A DNA stretch of 64,000 nt from Selenomonadaceae bacterium (GTDB lineage: Bacteria > Vulcanimicrobiota > Xenobia > Xenobiales > JADMJV01), in assembly GCA_037189585.1 (NCBI GenBank), contig JBBCJA010000018.1:887-64886 (forward strand). The letters run 5' to 3'. The notes beneath the pieces were generated by a model. The model ran no database searches. It worked only from the letters and a program-made list of their open reading frames with translations, and was not told where the DNA came from. Below are positions 47,214-56,031 of this stretch, one piece after another; positions within the stretch are counted from its first letter, which is position 1, and each line of letters opens with the position of its first letter. Made by a program: the position numbers and the translations under genes.

Positions 47214-49090
47214 GAATTTCAATTCGTGGAGCTGTCTCCCTACTCTCCGTACTCTGCCTGGTGGGGATCGTGATGATTCTCGCTTCGGCCATGGTCGGAG
47301 TGTTCTCGATGAATCTGAACATGACCCAAAAGTCGTTCAACGGCTCCATCGCCGAATCCGAAGCCGAAGCTGGGATAGCCGAAGCGCTTTACCGTATCAC
47401 CGACGCCAATGACAACAATATCGACAACAGTCAACAGCCGCCCGCGGTAAAGTACGGCCGCTCCAGCGAGACGATTCGAGGCACCATCACCCCGAAACTC
47501 AGTCCAGAGGAAGCTTACCACGTCGTAACTTTTGCCGAGGGGACCGGATTCCCACATTCCACCAATAACACCTATCTCGATCGCGATACCGGCTCTTTGG
47601 GACGGGCCGTGCCTGACGGGATGTTTCACATCGTCTCCACCGGCTACTGCCGTGGTCAATATCGCACCATCGAGGCCTTGATCTCCAAACCTCCCTTTCC
47701 TTTTGGTCTGGCCACCTCCGGAAAGTTGGTGTCGCCCGATCCTTTCGTCGTCAAAGGGGTCTCCTCGATATCCGACCTACTCGACGACAAGGAAGATCGC
47801 CCTGGACATATTCTTTGTAACTCCCCAGAAGGCGTAACGATCGGACAGAGCGATCCGCCTCGACCAACCTACATCAGTGGTTTCGTGAAATCGGTCGGAC
47901 CGATCTCCATCGAGCAGCCCGCCCAAGTTTTAGGAGGGTTGCGCCCAGGAGCCGATGCCTCCACTCTTGCCACTATCGATGTCAAGAAGTTCAGGAATGA
48001 AGGTCAGCCCGGAGTTGTGACGATCAACGATCCGAACTTCGTCAGAGATCAGACCATGGACATCATGTACTTTTACTCTGGCAACCTGCTCACCTACGAG
48101 CGTTCGGTCAAGCTCAACAAGGCCTTTCTTTATGTCGAGGGCGACCTCTTGATCAAGGGTCCGGTCACTGGTGAAGGCCTGATCGTGGTGGACGGAAACG
48201 TCACCTTCGGCTCAGGCACAGCCCTAGATGGCGCCAACAAGATGGCGGTACTCGCCTCCGGCGACATCACGATTCGGGGGGCCAACAACTATTTCACCGG
48301 CCTCATTTACTGCGGAGGAGACTTTACAGCCTCCAACGTGACGGTGGTAGGGAATACCGTGGTCAACTCCCCCGATCCTGAGAAAGGTAAAGCGAACCTG
48401 GAGAATGTGACGATGATCAGCAACACCGAAACAGCGGACATGACGATCACCATCACTTCAAGTAGTCACGCCGAGGGGCAGGATAACGCCCCCGATGCTG
48501 TCATTCCGCTCGGTATCACCTCAGACACCTTCGGGTTACCCACGGACTGGGATTACTCCAATGGTGGCGGTGGTGGGCTTGGTGGCTGGATCGACCCAAA
48601 AAATCCCCAAAGCATGTACGTGGAAATTTTGATGGATCTCTGGCAGGCCTCTCTTGACCCCTCTTCCCAATTCCCCGTCCTGGGAATGAAACCGTCTGGA
48701 AAAGGTGTCGACGGTATCTGGGATCAAGCGACCGCTCTCTACGAGCTCGCGAGCCAAAATCGAAGTGTCAGTGACCAGATCAACCAGTTGGAATCGAGCA
48801 AAGAATCCGCGCAGGGAAACCATGAACTCTTGGCCCAAATTGAAGCTCAAATTCAAGCACTCGAAGCATCACAAGCCGAGGCCAAGATCGTCTTTCAAAC
48901 CGCGGCGGCGGCTCTCGTCAATTCTATTTACAACCACATGAAAGCCCACGCCGACGGCGATGGAACGTACGACGACGGCACTGTGGACATGGACATCGTC
49001 ATCAAGCAGAGATTCAACCTCAACGAGTATCTTCCCGAGAGCGAACGGGTCAAGATCGCCTATTGGCGGGTTCATCACCGCCGCTTCTAG
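47210..49090 (+). CDS. Large pilus-associated protein (PilX/GspK-like), paralog of 269..2014
   Basis: N-terminal TM, shared sequence blocks with 269..2014. Translationally coupled to the pseudopilin genes. Confidence 0.55.
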   Translation: MRISIRGAVSLLSVLCLVGIVMILASAMVGVFSMNLNMTQKSFNGSIAESEAEAGIAEALYRITDANDNNIDNSQQPPAVKYGRSSETIRGTITPKLSPEEAYHVVTFAEGTGFPHSTNNTYLDRDTGSLGRAVPDGMFHIVSTGYCRGQYRTIEALISKPPFPFGLATSGKLVSPDPFVVKGVSSISDLLDDKEDRPGHILCNSPEGVTIGQSDPPRPTYISGFVKSVGPISIEQPAQVLGGLRPGADASTLATIDVKKFRNEGQPGVVTINDPNFVRDQTMDIMYFYSGNLLTYERSVKLNKAFLYVEGDLLIKGPVTGEGLIVVDGNVTFGSGTALDGANKMAVLASGDITIRGANNYFTGLIYCGGDFTASNVTVVGNTVVNSPDPEKGKANLENVTMISNTETADMTITITSSSHAEGQDNAPDAVIPLGITSDTFGLPTDWDYSNGGGGGLGGWIDPKNPQSMYVEILMDLWQASLDPSSQFPVLGMKPSGKGVDGIWDQATALYELASQNRSVSDQINQLESSKESAQGNHELLAQIEAQIQALEASQAEAKIVFQTAAAALVNSIYNHMKAHADGDGTYDDGTVDMDIVIKQRFNLNEYLPESERVKIAYWRVHHRRF

Positions 49091-49148
49091 GGCCCCACGA
49101 CTGTCACTCGAAATAAGTGTTGAAAACTGTACAGCGTGCTCTCGGGAC

Positions 49149-49290
49149 CGGCTGCAGTCGCGCATCACCGGTCTGATAGCCGAAGACCGCACCAACTTCG
49201 TCGCCCCCGCCGACTACTCCGAGGGAGTCAGCTGGGGGTAACCGTGCGCGGTCTCCTCGGACGGATCGCCGGACGAAAAGTACGTCATCC
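49149..49290 (+). repeat. Direct repeat copy 2: degenerate fragment of the HAD gene 3' end, preceded at 49107..49136 by a 3'-end fragment of gene 50642..51040
   Basis: Sequence alignment to 43242..43390. The fragment is frameshifted relative to the intact gene. Confidence 0.7.
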
Positions 49291-49312
49291 GTGAATTGCC
49301 TGTCCTCGACGG

Positions 49313-50584
49313 CTAGTTACCAGAGGGCTCCGCTGCGAGCTTCTCAGGTCGGTCCACCCGCCCCATCATGAGTACCGCGCCGCTGCCGCTATGTCGTAGG
49401 AGAAAGGCGAAAGGCCGCTCGAAGGTCAAAACCTTTGGTGGGGGTTTGACAGCCGACCCTCTCCGGCTCACGACCACGGCTGTGGCAGCGGCGGCTTCCG
49501 TACCCTCTTCATCCACTTTCACGTATGTCTTGTGATAGATGTTGAGCTCAAGTCGCTCGGGACTATCCAGGATCAGCATGCGGGTCAGATCGGGGTTCTT
49601 CACGACCTGCGCTAGACCGATTTCTCGCCAGGCCTCGGTCAGCTCGAAGGTGGGCACCTCGAATTCGAAGCGTGGTAGTCTCAGGGTGACCTCCTCCGCG
49701 GATTCGCTCGGCTCGAGGTAGAAAGAGGAGAGCGCCTTGTCGGGCTCTATTCCCTGGTCCGGCAATAAAAAGACCATCTCGAAGCCCTCCTGATAGGGCA
49801 AGGTCACCCCGGTCGCCCCCCGCAGGCGGAAGCTGGCGACCCCTGGGCGTGTCATCATCGGGGTTTGTAGTGTCTCTCCCGAGGAAGTCGTGAAGGTTCC
49901 CGGTCGAGTGTGTTCTTTCTCGAACTTACTCCGCCAGCTCCCCTTGAAGTGCAGGGCGGAGACCAGCACGCTGACGGTATCGCGACCGAGCGTGGGTAGA
50001 AAATCTTTGATCAGACCGGCGGTACGCTCGGCCACCCAGTCGTTGATGACTTGTGTCGCCCTCTTCGGGTCAGTGGAGAAAGGTAGAACTTGAACAGGAT
50101 CGGTCAGTAACGGCTTGATCTTGACGGAGTAACTCTCGACAAGCTTGACCGACTGATCCAGATAAATTTTCTGGGCCAAAGCCAGAGATTCGGTCTCGTC
50201 CAAACCGCCGGCTAGCTTCGTCAGCTCCCCGAGGACCTCTCCTTTCAGCCCGGTGGCCGCGGCGATCTCCTCTTTGGTTCTCCCTTCAGCTCCCTCTTGC
50301 ATCAGACCTAACAGAAGGTAAGAGCCCAGCGGACTGACAGCCAGGTTTCCGGGCTTCTTCCCGGCCACCGCTTCGTACAAGTTCTTGTTGAAGTTAGCCA
50401 ACCCAACACTAACCTCTTTAGAGATAACGAGCTCGGGGACTGCGGAGGGTGGAGGTGCCACCAGCTTCTGAACGGGTGATGGAGAGGCTGTCTGCTGTGG
50501 CCCCGGTGGGAGCGAGGAAGGTTGGCAAGCGGAAATAAGGAGGCCTCCGAAGATGCCCAAAGCCAAGAGTTTGAGTGAGTTCAT
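49313..50584 (-). CDS. Serpin (serine protease inhibitor) lipoprotein
   Basis: C-terminal serpin signature FERPFAFLLRHSGSGAVLMMGRVDRP. Lipobox LLISAC. Confidence 0.85.
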   Translation of the reverse strand: MNSLKLLALGIFGGLLISACQPSSLPPGPQQTASPSPVQKLVAPPPSAVPELVISKEVSVGLANFNKNLYEAVAGKKPGNLAVSPLGSYLLLGLMQEGAEGRTKEEIAAATGLKGEVLGELTKLAGGLDETESLALAQKIYLDQSVKLVESYSVKIKPLLTDPVQVLPFSTDPKRATQVINDWVAERTAGLIKDFLPTLGRDTVSVLVSALHFKGSWRSKFEKEHTRPGTFTTSSGETLQTPMMTRPGVASFRLRGATGVTLPYQEGFEMVFLLPDQGIEPDKALSSFYLEPSESAEEVTLRLPRFEFEVPTFELTEAWREIGLAQVVKNPDLTRMLILDSPERLELNIYHKTYVKVDEEGTEAAAATAVVVSRRGSAVKPPPKVLTFERPFAFLLRHSGSGAVLMMGRVDRPEKLAAEPSGN

Positions 50585-50641
50585 AGCTGTCCTAGTCGTG
50601 CGGAGGGCTCTCTTATTCCAGGAAGTCCGCTCGGGAGGAAA

Positions 50642-51040
50642 TCACTCGAAGTAGGTGTTGAAAACGGTATAGGATTTGAGTAGCTTCTCCGCCATCGCGT
50701 TACGCCTAGTTGCATCCTTCTCGCTAGCCATGGTGTTGACCATCTCCATGTACGGGACCAGCCAGTTGTGCAGCTGATCGTGCGCCGGACCCGTCATGGT
50801 GCAGTTGGAGACAAGTTTTTGTAGATTGGACTGAAGCTCCCGATGGAGCAGTTGTTTCTGGGAGTTTGAGGCGGAAGGGTATTCGCGAAGGTCTTTTTCC
50901 ATAGCACGCAGGTAGACCATCATCTTAGGCTCCACTTTCCAACGCTCACCGGCATTGAGATCGAGCTTCGTTTCTGAATCAGCCCAGGTGGGAGCTGAGG
51001 AAAGTAAGAGTAGGGCTAGAACGAGGAGTAGTTTGGGCAT
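50642..51040 (-). CDS. Small secreted protein, upstream of the serpin in the same operon
   Basis: Signal peptide LLLSSAPTWA. Confidence 0.5.
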   Translation of the reverse strand: MPKLLLVLALLLLSSAPTWADSETKLDLNAGERWKVEPKMMVYLRAMEKDLREYPSASNSQKQLLHRELQSNLQKLVSNCTMTGPAHDQLHNWLVPYMEMVNTMASEKDATRRNAMAEKLLKSYTVFNTYFE

Positions 51041-51176
51041 GAAAAATATGTTCCTTTCCGATTCGTTAAGTCGATTTTGCTGGTGGTCGCAACGATAGTC
51101 ACTTCACTTACCTCTCCAAGCATAGACTGGAAGAGATGAGGACGACTTGATCAGAGTCATGCTCGGAGAGCATCTT

Positions 51177-51941
51177 CTAAAAGAGAGAGGCGTCAAGCTC
51201 CTCGAAACTTGTCATGACTTCAAACCCGAGTCCGCGATAGCAACGGATGGCAACCTCGTTGGCCGCCCGAACGTTTAGTCCGATATGATCGACATCCTGG
51301 AGGAGGCGACGACATAGCGTTCCTACCACGCGATTTGCCAAGCCGCGTCCGCGAAAGTCAGGATGGGTTGCTATGTTTCCCAAAGCGGCCACTTTGTAGC
51401 GTGGAGACCAGACGTGAACGCCAGCCACGCATGCTAGTCGTCCATCCATGCGCAGCCCCAGGTAGCGTTCCGTCACCAGCATGATGGGGTCGAACCAGTT
51501 CCCGGGATAGCTCTGGTCATAGAAGGCCACAAGCTCAGTCTCAGTGTCTTGAGTAAGGGTCTCGACAGCCGGGTCCTCCTCGGGCAACTTCTCCGGCCGC
51601 TCTAAAGCCATGCGTAGGGTCGTCATCCGGCCGCTGACCTGATAGTGCTGCTCAAGGACTGTTACCAATCCCGGCGCGATCTGAGCATGGAAGTGCCTGG
51701 GCAACAAAGATGCCGCCTGAGCCAATAGTTCACGCGCACCGGCCGTTTCCCTCATAGCCAAAAGGGCCGGTGGAGAAGCGGCATAGAGCAACATCACCGC
51801 CTCGAGGTCGTCAGAAGAGTACCAAGAGGTACGAGGCCAATAGAGGGCGTCCAAGTCACCCAACTCGTAAAGGTGAAGAAGAGGGTCTCTAGCCAGGCTC
51901 CGTTCGATAAGATCGCGATCGTGGAGAATAAGCACCCCCAC
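51177..51941 (-). CDS. GNAT-family N-acetyltransferase
   Basis: C-terminal RGRGLANRVV...GFE motif A. Confidence 0.65.
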   Translation of the reverse strand: MGVLILHDRDLIERSLARDPLLHLYELGDLDALYWPRTSWYSSDDLEAVMLLYAASPPALLAMRETAGARELLAQAASLLPRHFHAQIAPGLVTVLEQHYQVSGRMTTLRMALERPEKLPEEDPAVETLTQDTETELVAFYDQSYPGNWFDPIMLVTERYLGLRMDGRLACVAGVHVWSPRYKVAALGNIATHPDFRGRGLANRVVGTLCRRLLQDVDHIGLNVRAANEVAIRCYRGLGFEVMTSFEELDASLF

Positions 51942-52005
51942 GCCTTCAGGCCCAACGCGGTCTTACCCTTGAAAAGGGCTCGATACTAAGCTCTTCTGAG
52001 CCTTC

Positions 52006-54606
52006 CTAGAACCGGTCAGGCACTTCTAGTCGAACTCTCAAAAATGAAGATCGAAGTGACGTGGTGGGGACATCGACAAAGAGAAATTTCTCTCCACCAG
52101 GAGCCGCGTCCCAAAGCCTACTATCCGTGGGTGAGGCGTGAGGGAGCTGGAGTAGCCGCGTGGGGCTCTCGGAATAATCCGGCTTGAGGACCCAAAGGGC
52201 TCCATCACGTTCAAACAAGAGCCTACCGTCCTGTAAAAAGACAGGGTGCCGACCCGGCCCGACACGCCGAAGTTCTCCTTCCGGCAGTCCGCGAAGGTAG
52301 ACCTCTTCCAAGCCGCTTTCGTTAGAAACAAAAGCCAGGATCTTCTCATCCGTGGAAACGTAAGGATGGCGTTCATCAAAAGGCGAGCTAACAACGGCTC
52401 GAGGCTCCTCGCCCGGTTTGACGACGTACAGGTCATGGTCACCGGCCTCGGTCTCTTGTTCAAACCAGATCCCCGAAGGCGTCCAACATTTCACGAACTG
52501 ACGCCGGGAACTCGTGGTGATTCGAGTCATCCGACCAGGTTTATCGAGGTCGAGAACGTAGATGTTGAAAGGTCCCTCTTGATCGGAGCTCACCGCCATA
52601 GTCGTGCCCTCGGGGGCGAAGGCAAAGCTTACGGTATTACCGCGATGAGTCACTCGGCGATCGAGGCGAGTCGAAAGCTCTCGGAACCATAGGGCGCGTA
52701 CATCGTCGTCAAAGCGGCGATAGCAAAGCACTTTGCCGTTCGGCGACAGGCGTGGCTCGACTCCATCAAACAACTCATCGGAGAGTGTCTCGCCCTGAGC
52801 GTCAATCCAAAGAACATGTCCCTCTCCCGTCTCCTCCGGCTCAAGATAGGCAAGCGTCCCCTGAGCCGCGCTGAAACCCGCCGCTCCTTTCTCGACGTCA
52901 CACCAGATTCGGGGAAGAATGACCCGATCGTTTTGCAGCAGCGCACCATCCCGAACCGCAAAGGTTCCTGTATCGGTAGGCCAACCCGAGTAGGCCTGGG
53001 TGGCGACCACACTGCGCTGACCGGTGGAGAGTTCGAGTCGCTCCACTCGACCAGAGGCATAGGTTCCACCGGAGCGCCGAGAAAAGTACAGCCCGTCTTC
53101 ATCGGCTCTGGGCCAACCCAGGACCGAATCTCCCGACTTGGGGTCGGGTGTCAGGAGCTTCTGAACCTTTCCTCCTCCTCCGCTAGCGACGCTGCTAATC
53201 CCACCCGAGGTTGTGGCAAAAACGATCCTCTCATCAACTGTCCAAGTGCCCCCCAGAAACTGATCGATGCGCAGGTCGTCGACGACTCTAGTCACCGGCC
53301 CCCCCTCCAAGGAGACCCAGACCAGACCCTTGCGGCCCAAAAATCCGAGACGGTCTCCCTGAGGAGAAAAGAAGGGGAAAGCTCCGTTCTCACTTCCGAC
53401 GATCAATCGACCCTCGGCCTGGTCGAACGGTTGAAAGAAAAGTTGGCGCCCCTTCTCGGTGAGAACGGGAACGACCACAGCCCGGCCATCCGGACGAAGT
53501 GCCGGTAGCGGATGTTCCACAGCCAAACTGATCCCTGGAGGGAGTGAAACGGAAAGATAAAGCGGTGTGGGAGAAGGTGAGAAAAGTGCCCTGCTTGGCG
53601 CGCTCTCCTGCCCTAGCAGAAAACCTACGCCGACGGCAATTCCAACTAGACCGAGTATGGCGCTGGTCAACCCGAGACGGAAGGGAGAGCTCCCTTTCAC
53701 CTCGGGGCGTGGGTGAGCGCTCGTCTGTCTGAGAGAGCTAGAGCTCGGCTGCTTGAGCGAGACGACTTCAGCCCCGGAGGTCGACACGAGCCTTTCTCCA
53801 ACCTCAGCCATGCTTTGCGGACGATCCTCCGGAGCTTTCCGTAGGCAATCTTTCAGTAAAGCCAAGAGTGAGCCCTGGTCGGGCACCAGGCTCCAGTCCG
53901 GCTCGTTGGTGAGTATGGCGTTGAGAGTCGCCGCGAGATTGTCCTTGGGGAAGGCCAATCGTCCCGTCACGGCCTCGTACAGACAACAACCCAAAGACCA
54001 GATCTCGGTCCGAACATCAGCGGACACCGCCCTGATCTGTTCCGGAGCAAGATAGGGAGCGGTCCCAACCAGGGTGCCTTCTCGCGTCGAGAACTCCGCC
54101 GCGCCGGTCAAGGTACCTTGCAGCTCCTTAGCCAACCCGAAGTCGAGTAGCTTCACCCGGTCGCGCGCCCCAATCATGATATTTCCAGGCTTGAGATCGC
54201 GATGAAGAATCTGACTTTGATGAGCTGTCTCCAGCGCCTCGGCCGCCTGGGCGAAGATCCGGCGAGCGCGGTCGAGGGGAATGGGCCCGGACTCAAGAAG
54301 CTTCTCCAAGGTCTGTCCCTCGACAAGCTCAAGAATCAGACATAGGGTACCCTGGTCGTCCTCCAGGTCGTAGATAGCGCCTATCCCGGGGTGATTGACC
54401 GCCGCGAGCAGCCGAGCCTCACGTTGAAAACGCGCGACTTTCTCCGGCTCGCTTGTCATCGACTCGGGCAAGACCTTGACAGCGACATGGCGCTCGAGGC
54501 GGGTGTCGATGGCTCGATAAACGGCCCCCATTCCACCTTCACCGATCTTCCCAAGGATGCGATACGGTCCGATCTCTTTGTCGGAAGCTAGACTCAACGA
54601 CGCCAA
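52006..54606 (-). CDS. Ser/Thr protein kinase with TM and C-terminal TolB-like beta-propeller domain
   Basis: GEGGMGAVYRA, AVKVL, HRDLKPGN, DFGLAKE, GTAPYLAPE. C-terminal WD/TolB-like repeats. Confidence 0.8.
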   Translation of the reverse strand: MASLSLASDKEIGPYRILGKIGEGGMGAVYRAIDTRLERHVAVKVLPESMTSEPEKVARFQREARLLAAVNHPGIGAIYDLEDDQGTLCLILELVEGQTLEKLLESGPIPLDRARRIFAQAAEALETAHQSQILHRDLKPGNIMIGARDRVKLLDFGLAKELQGTLTGAAEFSTREGTLVGTAPYLAPEQIRAVSADVRTEIWSLGCCLYEAVTGRLAFPKDNLAATLNAILTNEPDWSLVPDQGSLLALLKDCLRKAPEDRPQSMAEVGERLVSTSGAEVVSLKQPSSSSLRQTSAHPRPEVKGSSPFRLGLTSAILGLVGIAVGVGFLLGQESAPSRALFSPSPTPLYLSVSLPPGISLAVEHPLPALRPDGRAVVVPVLTEKGRQLFFQPFDQAEGRLIVGSENGAFPFFSPQGDRLGFLGRKGLVWVSLEGGPVTRVVDDLRIDQFLGGTWTVDERIVFATTSGGISSVASGGGGKVQKLLTPDPKSGDSVLGWPRADEDGLYFSRRSGGTYASGRVERLELSTGQRSVVATQAYSGWPTDTGTFAVRDGALLQNDRVILPRIWCDVEKGAAGFSAAQGTLAYLEPEETGEGHVLWIDAQGETLSDELFDGVEPRLSPNGKVLCYRRFDDDVRALWFRELSTRLDRRVTHRGNTVSFAFAPEGTTMAVSSDQEGPFNIYVLDLDKPGRMTRITTSSRRQFVKCWTPSGIWFEQETEAGDHDLYVVKPGEEPRAVVSSPFDERHPYVSTDEKILAFVSNESGLEEVYLRGLPEGELRRVGPGRHPVFLQDGRLLFERDGALWVLKPDYSESPTRLLQLPHASPTDSRLWDAAPGGEKFLFVDVPTTSLRSSFLRVRLEVPDRF

Positions 54607-54832
54607 GTCCCTATAGCGACCTTGCTCTCCACAATCCCCATCCAGAGAAATTGCTCGAGGAGTGAGGTTGTTCCTTGCCAGGAGGAGGCGCCCTTTCAGG
54701 TCACTTTATCATACTACGGGAACTGAGTATGGCGGGTCAGGAACGAAGAACATCAAGCCTGAGCCTGACGGAGACTAGGCGATAAGTAAGGAGCCCGACA
54801 TTTGCCGGGCTCCTTACTCTCGAGCGAGGTCG

Positions 54833-55585
54833 CTAATGGAAGGCGGCCAAACGGAAGGTGATGCTGTAGGTGTGCGGTTTGCCGCGCTCGTTCTGCAGCA
54901 GCTTGATCTCGGCTTCCAGCATTCGGGTGTTGTCCGAGGCGGCTCCCTTTCTTGGATTAACCGTGGTCAAGGATTCCGCCCCGCCGGAACCGCCCGCTCG
55001 ACGGACGAACTGGACACGAAACCCGCCGAACTCATCGGTGGCAAGAGTTCCTTCAGGACCGGCGTTAGGGACGCTCACATTGGGGAGCAGGATGTCGCGC
55101 ATCATCACTCTTTGTTTGGCGGGCTCCACCATCGAAGGAAGGGTGGACGAGACACCGGGCAAGAGGTCTTTCTTCACGATCTCTTTCTCCCAGCGAACCA
55201 GGGATCCGGTCAAGGCATCGTCACCACGACTGACGGTGTAGAGCACATGCTTGTCCCATTGGGGCGCGCCCCACCGATTGATCAGAGGCTTTCCCCGAAG
55301 TTCCGGGTCGTAAGCCCGATTGGAGACCAAGGACATACCCGGAGCTTCGGTCGATCTTTCCGCGTTGGGAAAGACCTCTATGCTGGCAAGCGCCGACTCG
55401 TTCACATCGCGCTTGATCCACTCCACGGCCTTCTCCGTCTCTCCACTAACCAGATAGCTAGAGGCGGTCGCCCTCTGCCCACCCCAGATCAGGTTGGAGA
55501 TCGACCAGAGGAGGACGCCGGCCAGGACCGCCAGGGCGAAGTAAACGACCAGCTCCATGATTGTCATACCGCGTTGGTTTCTCAT
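54833..55585 (-). CDS. Prepilin-type minor pilin/pseudopilin
   Basis: QRGMTIMELVVYFALAVLAG. GGAGG RBS at MRNQRG. Confidence 0.7.
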   Translation of the reverse strand: MRNQRGMTIMELVVYFALAVLAGVLLWSISNLIWGGQRATASSYLVSGETEKAVEWIKRDVNESALASIEVFPNAERSTEAPGMSLVSNRAYDPELRGKPLINRWGAPQWDKHVLYTVSRGDDALTGSLVRWEKEIVKKDLLPGVSSTLPSMVEPAKQRVMMRDILLPNVSVPNAGPEGTLATDEFGGFRVQFVRRAGGSGGAESLTTVNPRKGAASDNTRMLEAEIKLLQNERGKPHTYSITFRLAAFH

Positions 55586-55587
55586 CA

Positions 55588-56031
55588 CTACCTCCATACC
55601 GGAACTCGAACTTCGAGCTTCTTGTTGTCGCTGGTCAGGGTCTGATCGGTCTGGGTGTCTCCCACCCCTTCACGCCAAGTGATGGTCACGGTCACGACAT
55701 CGGAGTTACCCGTCGCCGTTCCCACAAAGCTCCCGTTCTCGTAACTAACCGTCTTCTCGAAAGCCATCTCTTGCTGGCGGTTTCCTACCCAAACAGTGAC
55801 CGGAGCTTCGTCTTTTAACGACCATCGCTGGGGTGCGGGGTTACCGTAGGTATGAGCCTCGATGTCGTCCATCATCCCCTGGGCCATCATGATGGCGACA
55901 CTTCGATTGCGACTGGCCACCGCGACCTGGTTGCTGTTGGAGAAGATGGTCAGGAAGGCCACCAGGACGACCAGAGAGACTGCCAGAGAGACGATGATCT
56001 CCATCAGAGAGAATCCACGTTGACGTTTCAT
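55588..56031 (-). CDS. Prepilin-type minor pilin/pseudopilin
   Basis: KRQRGFSLMEIIVSLAVSLVVL. ATGA coupling to the 985-aa gene. Confidence 0.75.
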   Translation of the reverse strand: MKRQRGFSLMEIIVSLAVSLVVLVAFLTIFSNSNQVAVASRNRSVAIMMAQGMMDDIEAHTYGNPAPQRWSLKDEAPVTVWVGNRQQEMAFEKTVSYENGSFVGTATGNSDVVTVTITWREGVGDTQTDQTLTSDNKKLEVRVPVWR

